Below are positions 51,470 through 61,793 of a DNA stretch of 64,000 bases, one piece after another. The notes under the pieces are model-generated. The model was not told where the DNA came from and made no database searches. It worked only from the letters and a program-made list of their open reading frames with translations. The position numbers and the translations under genes are program-made. This DNA is from an uncultured cyanobacterium (GTDB lineage Bacteria > Cyanobacteriota > Cyanobacteriia > Phormidesmidales > Phormidesmidaceae), in NCBI GenBank assembly GCA_963793265.1, contig CAWBZI010000006.1, positions 576,001-640,000 on the forward strand. Reading direction: 5' to 3'. How positions within the stretch are numbered: the first letter of the stretch is position 1; every line of letters begins with the position of its first letter.

Positions 51470-51496
51470 CGGAGGGCGTAATGCCTTACGCCCTCT
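51470..51496. repeat. REP-like palindrome
   Basis: cggagggcgtaatgccttacgccctct. Confidence 0.75.
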
Positions 51497-51534
51497 TGCG
51501 CCCAATACAAAGAAATAGATAGGAGAGAATAACT

Positions 51535-52206
51535 ATGGCAAGCATGATCGACTTTCAGCGTCCTGACGGCAAAAGCTGTGCAGGCTACTATGGCGAACCT
51601 GCTGGTGACGATGACGCACCAGGCGTTGTTGTTATTCAAGAATGGTGGGGTCTGACCGATCAGATAAAAGGGGTTGCCGATGCCCTGATTGAATCGGGCT
51701 ATCGTGTGCTGGTGCCCGACCTTTACAAAGGAGACGTTACTTTAGAGGCGGCTGAGGCTCAGCACAAAATGGAAGAACTCGACTTCCAGGAGGCGACACA
51801 GCAAGATATTAAAGGCGCGGCGCAGTATTTGCACAAAAAGAGCCCAGATGTCGGTGTCATGGGATTTTGTATGGGCGGTGTGTTGACGATGCTGGCGGCG
51901 ATGAACCTATCTGAGCTAGATGCGGCAGTCGCTTGGTATGGCGTTCCGCCTGAAGAAGCGGGCGATCCAGGCGACATTGATATTCCGGTACAGGGACACT
52001 TTGGCCAGGCAGACAGCTTTTTCTCGCCGAAGCAGGTAGACGCGCTAGAGGCAAAACTGAAAGCGGACGAGGTTAGCTACGAGTTTTATCGATATGAGGG
52101 CGCGGAGCACGCGTTCGGGAATGAAACTGGCGATAGCTATGATGCTGAGGCAAAGGAAAAGGCTTGGGCGCGATCGCTCGACTTTCTAGAAAAGCACCTT
52201 GGCTAA
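51535..52206 (+). CDS. Dienelactone hydrolase family protein
   Basis: QEWWG, VPDLY, GFCMGG and AEHAF. Confidence 0.92.
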   Translation: MASMIDFQRPDGKSCAGYYGEPAGDDDAPGVVVIQEWWGLTDQIKGVADALIESGYRVLVPDLYKGDVTLEAAEAQHKMEELDFQEATQQDIKGAAQYLHKKSPDVGVMGFCMGGVLTMLAAMNLSELDAAVAWYGVPPEEAGDPGDIDIPVQGHFGQADSFFSPKQVDALEAKLKADEVSYEFYRYEGAEHAFGNETGDSYDAEAKEKAWARSLDFLEKHLG

Positions 52207-52306
52207 TGGCTAACCACAGCGGCTAACCACAGATTCGCAGCGAGTTTACCCCGACTTTTACGCATCCTGGCACAATAGAGGGGTTCCTTTATTTCCTGAT
52301 AGCTTT

Positions 52307-54955
52307 GTGTTAGCGCCCGAAACCCTTTTTCCCTTTCAGCTAGACGACTTTCAGCTAGAGGCCATAGACGCCCTCAATCAAGGCGAGTCCGTCATTGTCT
52401 GTGCGCCGACTGGCTCAGGAAAGACGCTTGTGGGTGAATATGCCATCCACCGGGCGCTAGCGATGGGCAAAAGGGTTTTTTATACCACGCCTCTCAAAGC
52501 CCTCTCTAACCAGAAATTACGAGACTTCAGGCGCATCTTCGGTGACGAAAACGTGGGCTTGCTCACAGGCGATAGCTCCGTCAACCGCGACGCGCCAGTC
52601 GTCGTCATGACCACCGAAATTTTCCGCAATATGCTCTACGGCACAACGATTGGCGAGGTCGGCACCTCCCTACATGACGTACAGGCCGTTGTGCTAGACG
52701 AATGTCACTATATGAACGACCGGCAGCGCGGCACCGTCTGGGAAGAGTCGGTGATCTATTGCCCGCCCGAAATCCAAATTGTCGGACTCTCGGCCACCGT
52801 CGCCAATGGCGGTCAGCTCACCGACTGGATTAGTGAAGTTCACGGCCCCACCCGCCTGATTTATTCAGACTATCGCCCGGTGCCGCTCACCTTCCACTTT
52901 GCCGCCGAAAAAGGCGTTTTCCCGCTCCTGAATCCCAAGCACACGGGCATTCACCCCCGGCTCAAGAACTATCGCAAGCCGCCTCGTCGCCAGCGCGGAC
53001 AGAAGAAACAGGCGGCTGGGCCGACCTTACCGAGCATCGTCAGCAGGCTTCAGCAGAATGACATGCTGCCTGCGATTTATTTTATTTTCAGCCGTAAGGG
53101 GTGTGATCGCTCAGTAGATGTGATCGCTCACATGACCCTGGTTACCCCCGCCGAATCCGAACTGCTCAAGCGCCGCATTGACGACTTTGTAGACCGCAAC
53201 CCCGAAGCCGTCAGATCCAATCAGCTCGTGCCTCTATACGGCGGCATCGCAGCTCACCATGCAGGCATTCTACCAGCCTGGAAAGGCTTAGTAGAGCAGC
53301 TTTTCCAAGCGGGCCTAATCAAAGTCGTATTCGCCACCGAAACCCTGGCCGCAGGAATTAATATGCCTGCGAGGACGACCGTGATTGCCAGCCTTTCTAA
53401 ACGAACTGACGACGGGCACCGGCTACTACACGCCTCTGAGTTTTTGCAGATGTCGGGCCGAGCCGGACGCCGGGGCATGGATGAACAAGGCTACGTGGTA
53501 ACGGTAGAGTCGCCGTTTGAAGGGGCAAAAGAAGCTTCCAGGCTTGCGCTATCGCCGCCCGATCCTTTGGTGAGCCAGTTTACGCCGAGCTATGGCATGG
53601 TGCTTAATCTGTTGCAGGTGCATACGGTTGAAGAGGCGCAAGAGCTGGTTGAGCGTAGCTTTGGGCAGTATCTAGCGACGCTGCATTTAGCGCCGCAGCG
53701 ACACGCGATTGAGGCGGTAGAGCGTGAGATTGCGGTGTTGGAAGATCAGCTTGCGTTTGTAGATGATGAGGCGATCGCTGAATACGAAAAGCTGCGCGGC
53801 TGGCGAAAAGAAGAATACCGGCTGCTAGATATTTTGCAAAAGCAGGCCGAACAGACATTGGGCGGCGGTGACCCGGTAGCGGCTTCTTTTGCAATGGCAG
53901 GCACTGTGCTCTCGCTCAAGGGTAAATATGTGAAAGTATCTATGCCTTTACCGGCCGTGCTCGTGAGCAAGGTGCCTGGGCCAGGTCAGTTTCCATATTT
54001 AGTGTGCCTGGGGCAGGACAATCGCTGGTATGTGGCGACAGTGAAAGATGTGGCAATACTGCATGATGATCTCGACCGTGTGCAAGAAGCTGACTCACTC
54101 TCACTACCTGAACACTGGCGAATGACGCCGGGTGCGAACTGTAAAGGGAATGAAGCTACTGCCGCCGTGGTTGAGAAAATGCCGCAGATTTCTGATTTTG
54201 ATGAGCTAGCGCCTGAGGTGAAGGCGCAAAAGGAGAAAGTTGCGGCAGTAGAAGAGAAGCTGGCGCTGAATCCGGTAGGGGCGTTGGCGAAGCCCAAGGC
54301 GGTGGTGAAGCAGCGGAACCGGCTGGTGCGGCTGAAAGAAGAGAAGAAGGATAGAGAGAGTAAGTACGAGAATCATACGCATCGCTACTGGCAGGAGTTT
54401 GTTGGCCTGATGCAGGTGCTTGAAAACTTTGAGTGCTTAGACGATGAGGGGCCGACTGATTTGGGCCAAATGTGCGCGGCTATTCGAGGAGAGAATGAGC
54501 TATGGCTAGGGTTAGCGCTAGCTTCAGGAGAGTTTGACGCACTAGAACCGCAGCAGTTCGCCGCTGCCTGCGCAGGCATTTTGATGGAGAACAATCGCCC
54601 TGATACTTGGATTCGCTATCAGCCTACAGGCCCAGTCATAGAAGCCTTAGAAGGTTTGCGTGGATTGAGGCGGCGAATTTTTCAAGAACAAAGACGGCAG
54701 GATATTCACATCCCCGTTGCCCTAGAGTGGGACTTAATCGCAATCGTGGAGCAGTGGGCCTTAGACGTGGAGTGGATTGATCTGTGCGACAATACTAGCC
54801 TTGATGAAGGAGACATTGTACGCATTCTACGCCGCACTTTAGACTTCCTTTCACAGATTCCGCACGTGCCTTATCTATCAGACGAAGTGAGAAGAACTGC
54901 CCGGCAGGCTGCTTTTTTAATCGACAGCTTTCCTGTGAAAGAGAGTGCAGAATGA
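52307..54955 (+). CDS. Ski2-like/HelY DEAD/DEAH-box RNA helicase
   Basis: APTGSGKT, LDECH, LSAT, QMSGRAGRRG and DSHCT-like C-terminus (DEGDIVR). Confidence 0.92.
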   Translation: MLAPETLFPFQLDDFQLEAIDALNQGESVIVCAPTGSGKTLVGEYAIHRALAMGKRVFYTTPLKALSNQKLRDFRRIFGDENVGLLTGDSSVNRDAPVVVMTTEIFRNMLYGTTIGEVGTSLHDVQAVVLDECHYMNDRQRGTVWEESVIYCPPEIQIVGLSATVANGGQLTDWISEVHGPTRLIYSDYRPVPLTFHFAAEKGVFPLLNPKHTGIHPRLKNYRKPPRRQRGQKKQAAGPTLPSIVSRLQQNDMLPAIYFIFSRKGCDRSVDVIAHMTLVTPAESELLKRRIDDFVDRNPEAVRSNQLVPLYGGIAAHHAGILPAWKGLVEQLFQAGLIKVVFATETLAAGINMPARTTVIASLSKRTDDGHRLLHASEFLQMSGRAGRRGMDEQGYVVTVESPFEGAKEASRLALSPPDPLVSQFTPSYGMVLNLLQVHTVEEAQELVERSFGQYLATLHLAPQRHAIEAVEREIAVLEDQLAFVDDEAIAEYEKLRGWRKEEYRLLDILQKQAEQTLGGGDPVAASFAMAGTVLSLKGKYVKVSMPLPAVLVSKVPGPGQFPYLVCLGQDNRWYVATVKDVAILHDDLDRVQEADSLSLPEHWRMTPGANCKGNEATAAVVEKMPQISDFDELAPEVKAQKEKVAAVEEKLALNPVGALAKPKAVVKQRNRLVRLKEEKKDRESKYENHTHRYWQEFVGLMQVLENFECLDDEGPTDLGQMCAAIRGENELWLGLALASGEFDALEPQQFAAACAGILMENNRPDTWIRYQPTGPVIEALEGLRGLRRRIFQEQRRQDIHIPVALEWDLIAIVEQWALDVEWIDLCDNTSLDEGDIVRILRRTLDFLSQIPHVPYLSDEVRRTARQAAFLIDSFPVKESAE

Positions 54956-54980
54956 TATTGATTCTACCAAGTCCTCTCTT

Positions 54981-55484
54981 CTAGAAAGCGCAGCCGTTTG
55001 GCTGTGGCTCAGCTTCAGCGATCGCTACCGCGAATTCGGGCGTTAGCGTCACGGGCTCGAAGCCTCCAGCGATAGTACCTTTCATGGCTTGGGGGCTGTA
55101 GCCGGTTGGATAGGTGTGTGATCGCACCACCAGCACATCATCCACATCTGCGACAACTGGCCCCCCTGATCGGGTAAAAGGTTGTTCATCTACATGAGAG
55201 TGCGCCAAAGTTCGTCGATACAACAGCTCTCCCTCTTCGGTAACGACTTCCCACCAGTTTGTGTAGCGATTGCACCCCGTATCCCCGCTTTCTATCGTCA
55301 CCAAAAACGTATACCCATCCTCTTCAGAACCATTCACCTCTACTGCGCTCACCGCATCGCTTTCATCTGTAGCAGTGATTTCAGATTTATCATTAAAAAC
55401 TGGAGAGGAACCCCCAGCTTCTACTTCAGGCGCGCAGCTAGACAGCAGAAGCACGAGTGCAAAGATACCGGCGATATACTTCAT
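54981..55484 (-). CDS. Conserved hypothetical lipoprotein
   Basis: Lipobox LLSSC; DTGC..Y.NWWEV...R.LAHSHVDEQPFTRS. Confidence 0.75.
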   Translation of the reverse strand: MKYIAGIFALVLLLSSCAPEVEAGGSSPVFNDKSEITATDESDAVSAVEVNGSEEDGYTFLVTIESGDTGCNRYTNWWEVVTEEGELLYRRTLAHSHVDEQPFTRSGGPVVADVDDVLVVRSHTYPTGYSPQAMKGTIAGGFEPVTLTPEFAVAIAEAEPQPNGCAF

Positions 55485-55550
55485 TCTTTGTGATTCCTCG
55501 AATAGAATTTAGGTGCGATCGCTTCAGCATACTATCTTTAAGAAGGCGCT

Positions 55551-57056
55551 CTAAGAAGGCGACTTATGCCAATCTTTTGCGCGCTGACGAATCTCATTCA
55601 GCTCATCATCAGACATTCTATCTAAGTTTTTCAAAATAAAATTCATGCGCCCCTGACTACTCAGCTTCTCTCGATGGCGATCTAAAAAGTCCCAATAAAA
55701 GAAGTTAAAAGGACAGGCGTCTTCTCCTATTCGCGCCTTCTTATCGTACGAGCAGCCCTTGCAATAGTCACTCATCTTATTCACGTAGTTAGCGCTAGCC
55801 GCATAGGGCTTTGTTGCCAGTACGCCCCCATCGGCAAACAAACCCATCCCAATCACATTCGTTTGCATTACCCAGTCGTAGGCATCTATAAAAGCAGCAT
55901 GGAACCAGTCTTCTACTTCTTGAGGAGAGAGCCCGGCAATCAGAGAGAAGTTGGCTAATATCATCAGGCGCTGAATGTGGTGAGCGTAGCCTGTGCGCTT
56001 GAGGGTGCTAACCGTTTGGTGCAGACAGTTCATTTGAGTGTCGCCGTGCCAAAAGAAATCGGGCACGGGTTGAATATGCTCGAAGTAGTTGCGTGAGGGA
56101 TAGTCGGCATCGACATGGTTATAAACGCCGCGCATGTATTCTCGCCAGCCCATTACCTGCCGGATAAAGCCTTCTACGCAGTTGAGTGGAATGTCGTTGT
56201 TATCATAAGCGTCTTCTACGGCGGTGATTACCTCCATCGGCTGCAACAGACCAATATTCAGGTAGGGCGAGAGCAGTGCGTGCCACATGGTATCTTCGCC
56301 TGCGACCATGGCGTCTTGGTAGGGGCCGAAGGTGTTGAGGCGATCGCTCACAAAATAATCCAAAACCTGCAATGCCTGCGCCCGGTTCACCGCCCACGCA
56401 AAAGTATCAGAGTCTCCAAATGTCGGATAGTCAGCCGCTTCCACCAGCTCAATGACTGCCCGCGTAATCTCATCTGGCTCAAACTCTAAAGGGGCAGGCG
56501 GCGTAATCTTTCCCTTTGGTGGCTTACGATTTTCCTTATCAAAGTTCCACTTCTCACCCACCGGCTTTTTGCCATTCATCAAAATGTTAAAGCGCTTTCT
56601 CCCTTCCCGATAAAAAGACTCCATCAAAAGACTTTTTCGCGTAGCGGCCCACTCTTCAAATTCTTCAGTAGACCAAAGGAAGTGATTGTTCGGCGTTTGT
56701 ACCAATGGGCAAGGCAGCTTCACATCAGCGAGGAATTGAGCAAAGGGCTTATCGGCAGGCTGCATTACCCTTAATTCATCGATTGAGTCCTTCTTAACCC
56801 ACTCAGCTAAAGGCGCTTCAAAACTATCCGCTGTCTCATAAGTTACCGTCCAGCCTTCAGCCTTTAGCTCTTCGGCAAAATGGCGCATCGCTGACCATAT
56901 GAGTATCAACTTTTGCTTATGGTAGCGCCGCTCTTTAACATGCTCTAGCGATTCAATGAGAATGACATGCGCATTGTCCTTATCTTCCTGACAGCTTTCT
57001 ATCGCAGACTGCCCTTGCCATAGCTGATCGCCCAATACCCAAATACCAACCGTCAT
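55551..57056 (-). CDS. FeS-BCP cryptochrome/(6-4) photolyase family protein
   Basis: LGDQL, HKQKL, EGFIRQ..GWRE, HHIQRLM and four Cys (MNC, DYCKGC, ACPF). Confidence 0.92.
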   Translation of the reverse strand: MTVGIWVLGDQLWQGQSAIESCQEDKDNAHVILIESLEHVKERRYHKQKLILIWSAMRHFAEELKAEGWTVTYETADSFEAPLAEWVKKDSIDELRVMQPADKPFAQFLADVKLPCPLVQTPNNHFLWSTEEFEEWAATRKSLLMESFYREGRKRFNILMNGKKPVGEKWNFDKENRKPPKGKITPPAPLEFEPDEITRAVIELVEAADYPTFGDSDTFAWAVNRAQALQVLDYFVSDRLNTFGPYQDAMVAGEDTMWHALLSPYLNIGLLQPMEVITAVEDAYDNNDIPLNCVEGFIRQVMGWREYMRGVYNHVDADYPSRNYFEHIQPVPDFFWHGDTQMNCLHQTVSTLKRTGYAHHIQRLMILANFSLIAGLSPQEVEDWFHAAFIDAYDWVMQTNVIGMGLFADGGVLATKPYAASANYVNKMSDYCKGCSYDKKARIGEDACPFNFFYWDFLDRHREKLSSQGRMNFILKNLDRMSDDELNEIRQRAKDWHKSPS

Positions 57057-57131
57057 GAATCATCCTAAACGCCGTCTGCCACAGTGTATCGCGACTAAGA
57101 AAGCTAGGCAGAAGCCTTTAGACGGAGAAAA

Positions 57132-58652
57132 TCATGACTCTTGCCGACTCATTAAGTCGCTGTTCCACTGGGAGATATAGGTGTAAAGCCATTGCAGCTC
57201 GTGGTTGCTGCCGGAAATTTGTAGGCGATCGCTCCTAGAGCCATTGTCACGAGTGAGATATAGGCTCATGCAGGTGCCCGATACGGAGTCAGTGTCGAGA
57301 AAAAGCGATCGCACTGGCACCTCTAAGAGGTGCATGGTGTAGTCTTGCAAAATAGGGCTTCTTATGGCGGCGGAAGGCACAGTTGATAGGCTGATAATTG
57401 CTTTGCCTTCAGATGATCGCGATAGCTTTATGCGAGCTTCTCTTTTGCTACCGAGGTTGGTAGCGACTATGGTTGGATAGAGAATCGCAAAGGCCATAGC
57501 AAGCAATAAGATGGCTACTATTAAAAAGTCGGTGGCTGCTACGGTAACGATCAGTATTGCTAGAGAAAGGGCAATCACTGTCAGCTTTAAGTCTTTGGAA
57601 GAGATAGCGTTTTCTGAAAAGTTAATAGGTTTTGCAAGGATGAAGTTTTCTGAGAGGCGAAACTGCAAGCATCGAATTTCTAAAGATTGAGGCGTTGTGA
57701 GAATCTTGAAGTCGCTGAGAGTTTGCTTTAGGGGCGGGGGCGAAGGTGTGCGGGTAATAGAGATGGAATGTTGTGGAACAGACGGCGCTTTGATCGCAGG
57801 TTGAGGGCGGGCGAACTGCGAGAGGACGGGCTGAGGGCGGACGGGCTGAGGGCGGGTGAGCTGGGAAAGGGCGGCGGTGGTTGAGGGTGTTCTTCTGGCT
57901 AGGTCGGTGTAGGTGAGCCGTTTTATCCAGTGGGTGAAGGCGGGGGAGAGGGTTGAGTAGGGCTCGAAAGCAATTTGGAGATTGGCGGCAGTGAGGTCGG
58001 CGGGGTGTCTGCCGGTGGCCAGGTAGATGAGGGTTGCACCTAAGCTGTAGAGGTCGGAGGCGGGTTGGGCGCGACCGCCGAATTGCTCGGGGGGCATGTA
58101 GCCGTAGGTGCCGACGATGGTCATGGTGCCGCTAGTGTGGGCGATTTGGACGGAGCCGAAGTCTACAAGGTAGAGGGTTTCTCCGGTGAGCAGGATGTTG
58201 CTGGGCTTGATGTCGCGGTGGATGACGGGGGGATTGCGGTGGTGGAGGTAGTGGAGGATTTTGAGTAGGGACTGGGCGATCGCGCTCAAATCATGTTCAC
58301 TAAACGTTCGCCCGGCACTCACCCAGTCTTGCAGCGATCTTGCTTCTATATAGGTCTGCACGAGCGCAAACCCTCGACCCCAGTCCATTTCGACTTCAAA
58401 TGAGTCTAGATATTTTGGGATTGCAGGATGGTCTAAAGACTGTAGCGTTTCGGCTTCGCGCTCGAATAGCTTGAGGTCTTGCCAGTCGAAGTCAGGAGAA
58501 AATAGCACGAGCTTAACAACAACTTGCTGCCGTGTTTGGCAGTCTTGAGCGAGAAAGGTACGCCGACCTGACTGTTTGCCCAATAAAGACTCAAGTTTAT
58601 AGCGATTATTTGTAGCGCTGCCACCAATACGCTGCCCTATAAGTTGTTCCAT
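57132..58652 (-). CDS. Ser/Thr protein kinase with membrane-anchored C-terminal domain (array member)
   Basis: VVVK, HRDIKPSN, DFG and GTYGYMPPEQ; TM hairpin in the C-terminal half. Confidence 0.92.
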   Translation of the reverse strand: MEQLIGQRIGGSATNNRYKLESLLGKQSGRRTFLAQDCQTRQQVVVKLVLFSPDFDWQDLKLFEREAETLQSLDHPAIPKYLDSFEVEMDWGRGFALVQTYIEARSLQDWVSAGRTFSEHDLSAIAQSLLKILHYLHHRNPPVIHRDIKPSNILLTGETLYLVDFGSVQIAHTSGTMTIVGTYGYMPPEQFGGRAQPASDLYSLGATLIYLATGRHPADLTAANLQIAFEPYSTLSPAFTHWIKRLTYTDLARRTPSTTAALSQLTRPQPVRPQPVLSQFARPQPAIKAPSVPQHSISITRTPSPPPLKQTLSDFKILTTPQSLEIRCLQFRLSENFILAKPINFSENAISSKDLKLTVIALSLAILIVTVAATDFLIVAILLLAMAFAILYPTIVATNLGSKREARIKLSRSSEGKAIISLSTVPSAAIRSPILQDYTMHLLEVPVRSLFLDTDSVSGTCMSLYLTRDNGSRSDRLQISGSNHELQWLYTYISQWNSDLMSRQES

Positions 58653-58664
58653 TATCTTTCTAGC

Positions 58665-60257
58665 TCAGCGAAGTTCTTTAATGGGAAAGGGATATTCTGT
58701 AGTCGGGTTGACGATGGTGCTATCCCATTCACCGATATACCTGAGTAGTGTTTTTAGCTCGCGCCGACTGCCGCTTACGCTGAGCTGAGAGTTCCATACG
58801 GATTTATTATCTTCAGAAAATATGAAAAGAGCTGTGTAACCAAAAGTATCAGGAACTACTTTAATAGATCTCATGGGCACGTCAATAAATTGGGTAGGCT
58901 GTCGTGAGTGCTCATTCCAAGATTTAACAGCATCAGTGCTTGTTATTCCCTGAGAAACCTCTACAGTCAGATTTATAGAATCGCTTCTTATTTTTGTCAA
59001 AGCAACTTCTACAACACCAGGATATTGAGAAAAATCACTATCAGAGAACTTTACAAGTAAAGCAATAATTATGCTCACGAAGATAATGCTAGTAATTATC
59101 AAAATTACAGCAGCAGGCGATCCTGAAACAGCCACGAGAAGCAATGACATAAATAGCACAGCCATCAGAAAAAAAGAGAACAAACGGCTATCTGAGTTTG
59201 GAGAATTCTTAGACCTTTCTTCAGGCTGCTGCTGTGTAAGAAATTTCTCTCTAATGCGATACTGAGAAAATCGTAGCAAGAGAGATTGCTCATCTGACTG
59301 CGCTATAAATGCTCCGTCCGCAATAGATACAGAGGTTTTATGATTTGGCAATGCGAGCCGAGAACTGGCTGAGGGTGCGATCGCCTTCGCGGAAGCCTTT
59401 TCTACACTGGGTTCTATAGCCGCTGGTGCGATCGCCGCCTGCCCCTGTGGCGCATGACTAAGCTGATGAAAGGCCAGCGCCGCCGAAGAGATCCGCTTGT
59501 GAGCCTCGGCATAGGTGAGCTGACGAATCCAGTGGGTGAAGTGAGAAGAGAGCGTTGGGTGCGTAGAAATCGCCTGCGCCAAACTGTTCTCTCCTAAGTC
59601 CGCCGGATGTTGGCCCGTGGCTAAATACACTAAAGTCGCACCCAGGCTGTAAAGGTCTGAAGCAGGCGTTGCTCGTCCGCCGAACTGCTCTGGCGGCATG
59701 TAGCCGTAAGTGCCCACGACAGTCATGGTGCCGCCATGCTGAGCCACCTGCACCGAGCCAAAATCAACCAGATATATTTTGCCTGCCGAGTGAGCCGTGT
59801 AGTCGCCCATCAAAATGTTGCTCGGCTTAATATCTCGATGCACTACCGCTGGATGACGGCTGTGTAGGTATTGCAAAATGACCAATATCGACTGCGCAAT
59901 CTCCTTCAGGTTTGGCTCACTAAAGCGACGACCTGAAGTCATCCAGTCCTGAAGCGATCTGGCCTCAATGTAGGTTTGCACCAGCACAAAGCCTTTGCCA
60001 AGGTCTGTTTCAACTTCAAATGAGTCTAGGTACTTCGGAATCGCCGCGTGGTTTAGTGACTTAAGCGTTTCAGCTTCACGCTCAAATAGTTTGAGATCTT
60101 CCCATGTGAAATCAGGCCCAAAGAGAATTAGCTTGAGCACCACTAAAGCGCGAGTCTCAATATCCTCAGCCAGAAAAGTTCTGCGACCTCTTTGTTTGCC
60201 GAGCAGAGACTTTATCTGGTAGCGGCGGGTGATGGTTTGGCCTATAAGCTGTCTCAT
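58665..60257 (-). CDS. Ser/Thr protein kinase (array member)
   Basis: Same kinase motifs with a divergent TM-containing C-terminus. Confidence 0.92.
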   Translation of the reverse strand: MRQLIGQTITRRYQIKSLLGKQRGRRTFLAEDIETRALVVLKLILFGPDFTWEDLKLFEREAETLKSLNHAAIPKYLDSFEVETDLGKGFVLVQTYIEARSLQDWMTSGRRFSEPNLKEIAQSILVILQYLHSRHPAVVHRDIKPSNILMGDYTAHSAGKIYLVDFGSVQVAQHGGTMTVVGTYGYMPPEQFGGRATPASDLYSLGATLVYLATGQHPADLGENSLAQAISTHPTLSSHFTHWIRQLTYAEAHKRISSAALAFHQLSHAPQGQAAIAPAAIEPSVEKASAKAIAPSASSRLALPNHKTSVSIADGAFIAQSDEQSLLLRFSQYRIREKFLTQQQPEERSKNSPNSDSRLFSFFLMAVLFMSLLLVAVSGSPAAVILIITSIIFVSIIIALLVKFSDSDFSQYPGVVEVALTKIRSDSINLTVEVSQGITSTDAVKSWNEHSRQPTQFIDVPMRSIKVVPDTFGYTALFIFSEDNKSVWNSQLSVSGSRRELKTLLRYIGEWDSTIVNPTTEYPFPIKELR

Positions 60258-61687
60258 CGGCCTTTCTCCTGCGCTTGAATGCTATCAGTCCACCGATCCA
60301 ATGATTTGAATAGCCAGCGAACGTCTTCTGAACTTGCTGCGATCGCAACCGTCTTCCACTTTAATCGCCGGTCATACTCACACTCAAAAATCATAGATTT
60401 CCCAAATGTACCCGATACGATTTTTCGTACGGGCACTTCAGAAAGATGCTCAGTAGTGATCCTTAAACCGTTCTGGTAAGAGGTCACATCTAGATTGAGT
60501 AAAAAAGACCCTTCAGAGAGTTCTCGTAGTCTCAGATGGGCAAATTTAGCATTCTTCAAATTTTTCTGGACTCTACTGTTTGATGTCGCTATCAGCCATA
60601 GCACTATAGAAATTGCTCCCCAGAAAAGGCCACTTGAACTGATAATAAAAGCCAATAGACAGAGCCAGAGAATAACAAAGAAACCAGAAGTTTCACTAGG
60701 AACAGAGTTCTTTTTTAAGCGCAGCGAAGAGAACTGCACTTTAAATTCGCTAGGCGTCGAATTGATTTCAAAATCTTTGTGAGACAGTTGAAAGGATAAG
60801 TTTGAGCCGCTGCGAGGTTTGGCCGCAACTGGAACGATAGGCTTTGCTGTCTGAATAGGATTGTTTAGCTGGTGTAGTGCTTGCGAGGCTGAAGCAGTTC
60901 GCTTTGATAAGTCGGTGTAGGTGAGCTGCTGAATCCATTTTGCAAACGCAGGCGAGAGATTGCGAGGCGGCTCAAATGCAATTTGCAGATTGTCTTGGGT
61001 TAGCTCTGCTGGATGCTGCCCGGTGGATAGATAGATGAGCGTCGCACCCAGACTGTATAGGTCTGAAGCGGGTTGGGCGCGACCGCCGAACTGCTCGGGG
61101 GGCATGTAGCCGTAGGTGCCCACAACGGTCATGGTGCCGCTAGAAGGTACGGTTTGTACCGAGCCAAAATCAACCAGATAGATACCGCCCGCCGTTGAAT
61201 TACCTTTACTGGGGAGGAGGATATTGCTGGGTTTGATGTCGCGATGGATGACGGGCGGCTGGCGCTGATGCAAGTAGGTGAGAATGTTGAGTAGGCCGGT
61301 TGCGATCGCTCGCAAATCCCCTTCGCCAAACGTATGCCCCGAACTTACCCAGGCTTGCAGCGACTGCGCCTCAATATAGGTCTGCACTAGCGCGAACCCT
61401 TTACCTAAAGGCATTTCTACGTCGAAAGAATCCAGGTATTTCGGAATTGCTAGGTGCTGTAGCGATCGCAGCGTTTGCGCCTCGCGCTGAAATAGTTTGA
61501 GCTGATCCCAGGTGAAATCTGGGCCAAACAGCACCAGTTTTATCACCACCAGGGTTTGCGTTTGGCTATCTTCAGCCAAGAAAGTGCGGCGGCCTATTTG
61601 CTTGCCTAATAGAGACTTTATTTGGTAGCGCTGAGCGCCTGTGCTTTCGACAGGGGTACCTAAGTGCTGCCCGATTAATTGCTCCAT
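60254..61687 (-). CDS. Ser/Thr protein kinase (array member)
   Basis: Same kinase motifs; ATGA overlap with the next gene. Confidence 0.92.
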   Translation of the reverse strand: MEQLIGQHLGTPVESTGAQRYQIKSLLGKQIGRRTFLAEDSQTQTLVVIKLVLFGPDFTWDQLKLFQREAQTLRSLQHLAIPKYLDSFDVEMPLGKGFALVQTYIEAQSLQAWVSSGHTFGEGDLRAIATGLLNILTYLHQRQPPVIHRDIKPSNILLPSKGNSTAGGIYLVDFGSVQTVPSSGTMTVVGTYGYMPPEQFGGRAQPASDLYSLGATLIYLSTGQHPAELTQDNLQIAFEPPRNLSPAFAKWIQQLTYTDLSKRTASASQALHQLNNPIQTAKPIVPVAAKPRSGSNLSFQLSHKDFEINSTPSEFKVQFSSLRLKKNSVPSETSGFFVILWLCLLAFIISSSGLFWGAISIVLWLIATSNSRVQKNLKNAKFAHLRLRELSEGSFLLNLDVTSYQNGLRITTEHLSEVPVRKIVSGTFGKSMIFECEYDRRLKWKTVAIAASSEDVRWLFKSLDRWTDSIQAQEKGR

Positions 61688-61726
61688 AACGTTTTGAGAG
61701 ATCGGTGCGTGAATAATGTACTGGAT

Positions 61727-61754
61727 CGGAGAGCGTAATGCCTTACGCCCCTAC
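61727..61754. repeat. REP-like palindrome
   Basis: cggagagcgtaatgccttacgcccctac, inside the kinase array. Confidence 0.75.
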
Positions 61755-61793
61755 GAGAAACACTGGAAACCCTGCTAATTTCCAATGTAACTA

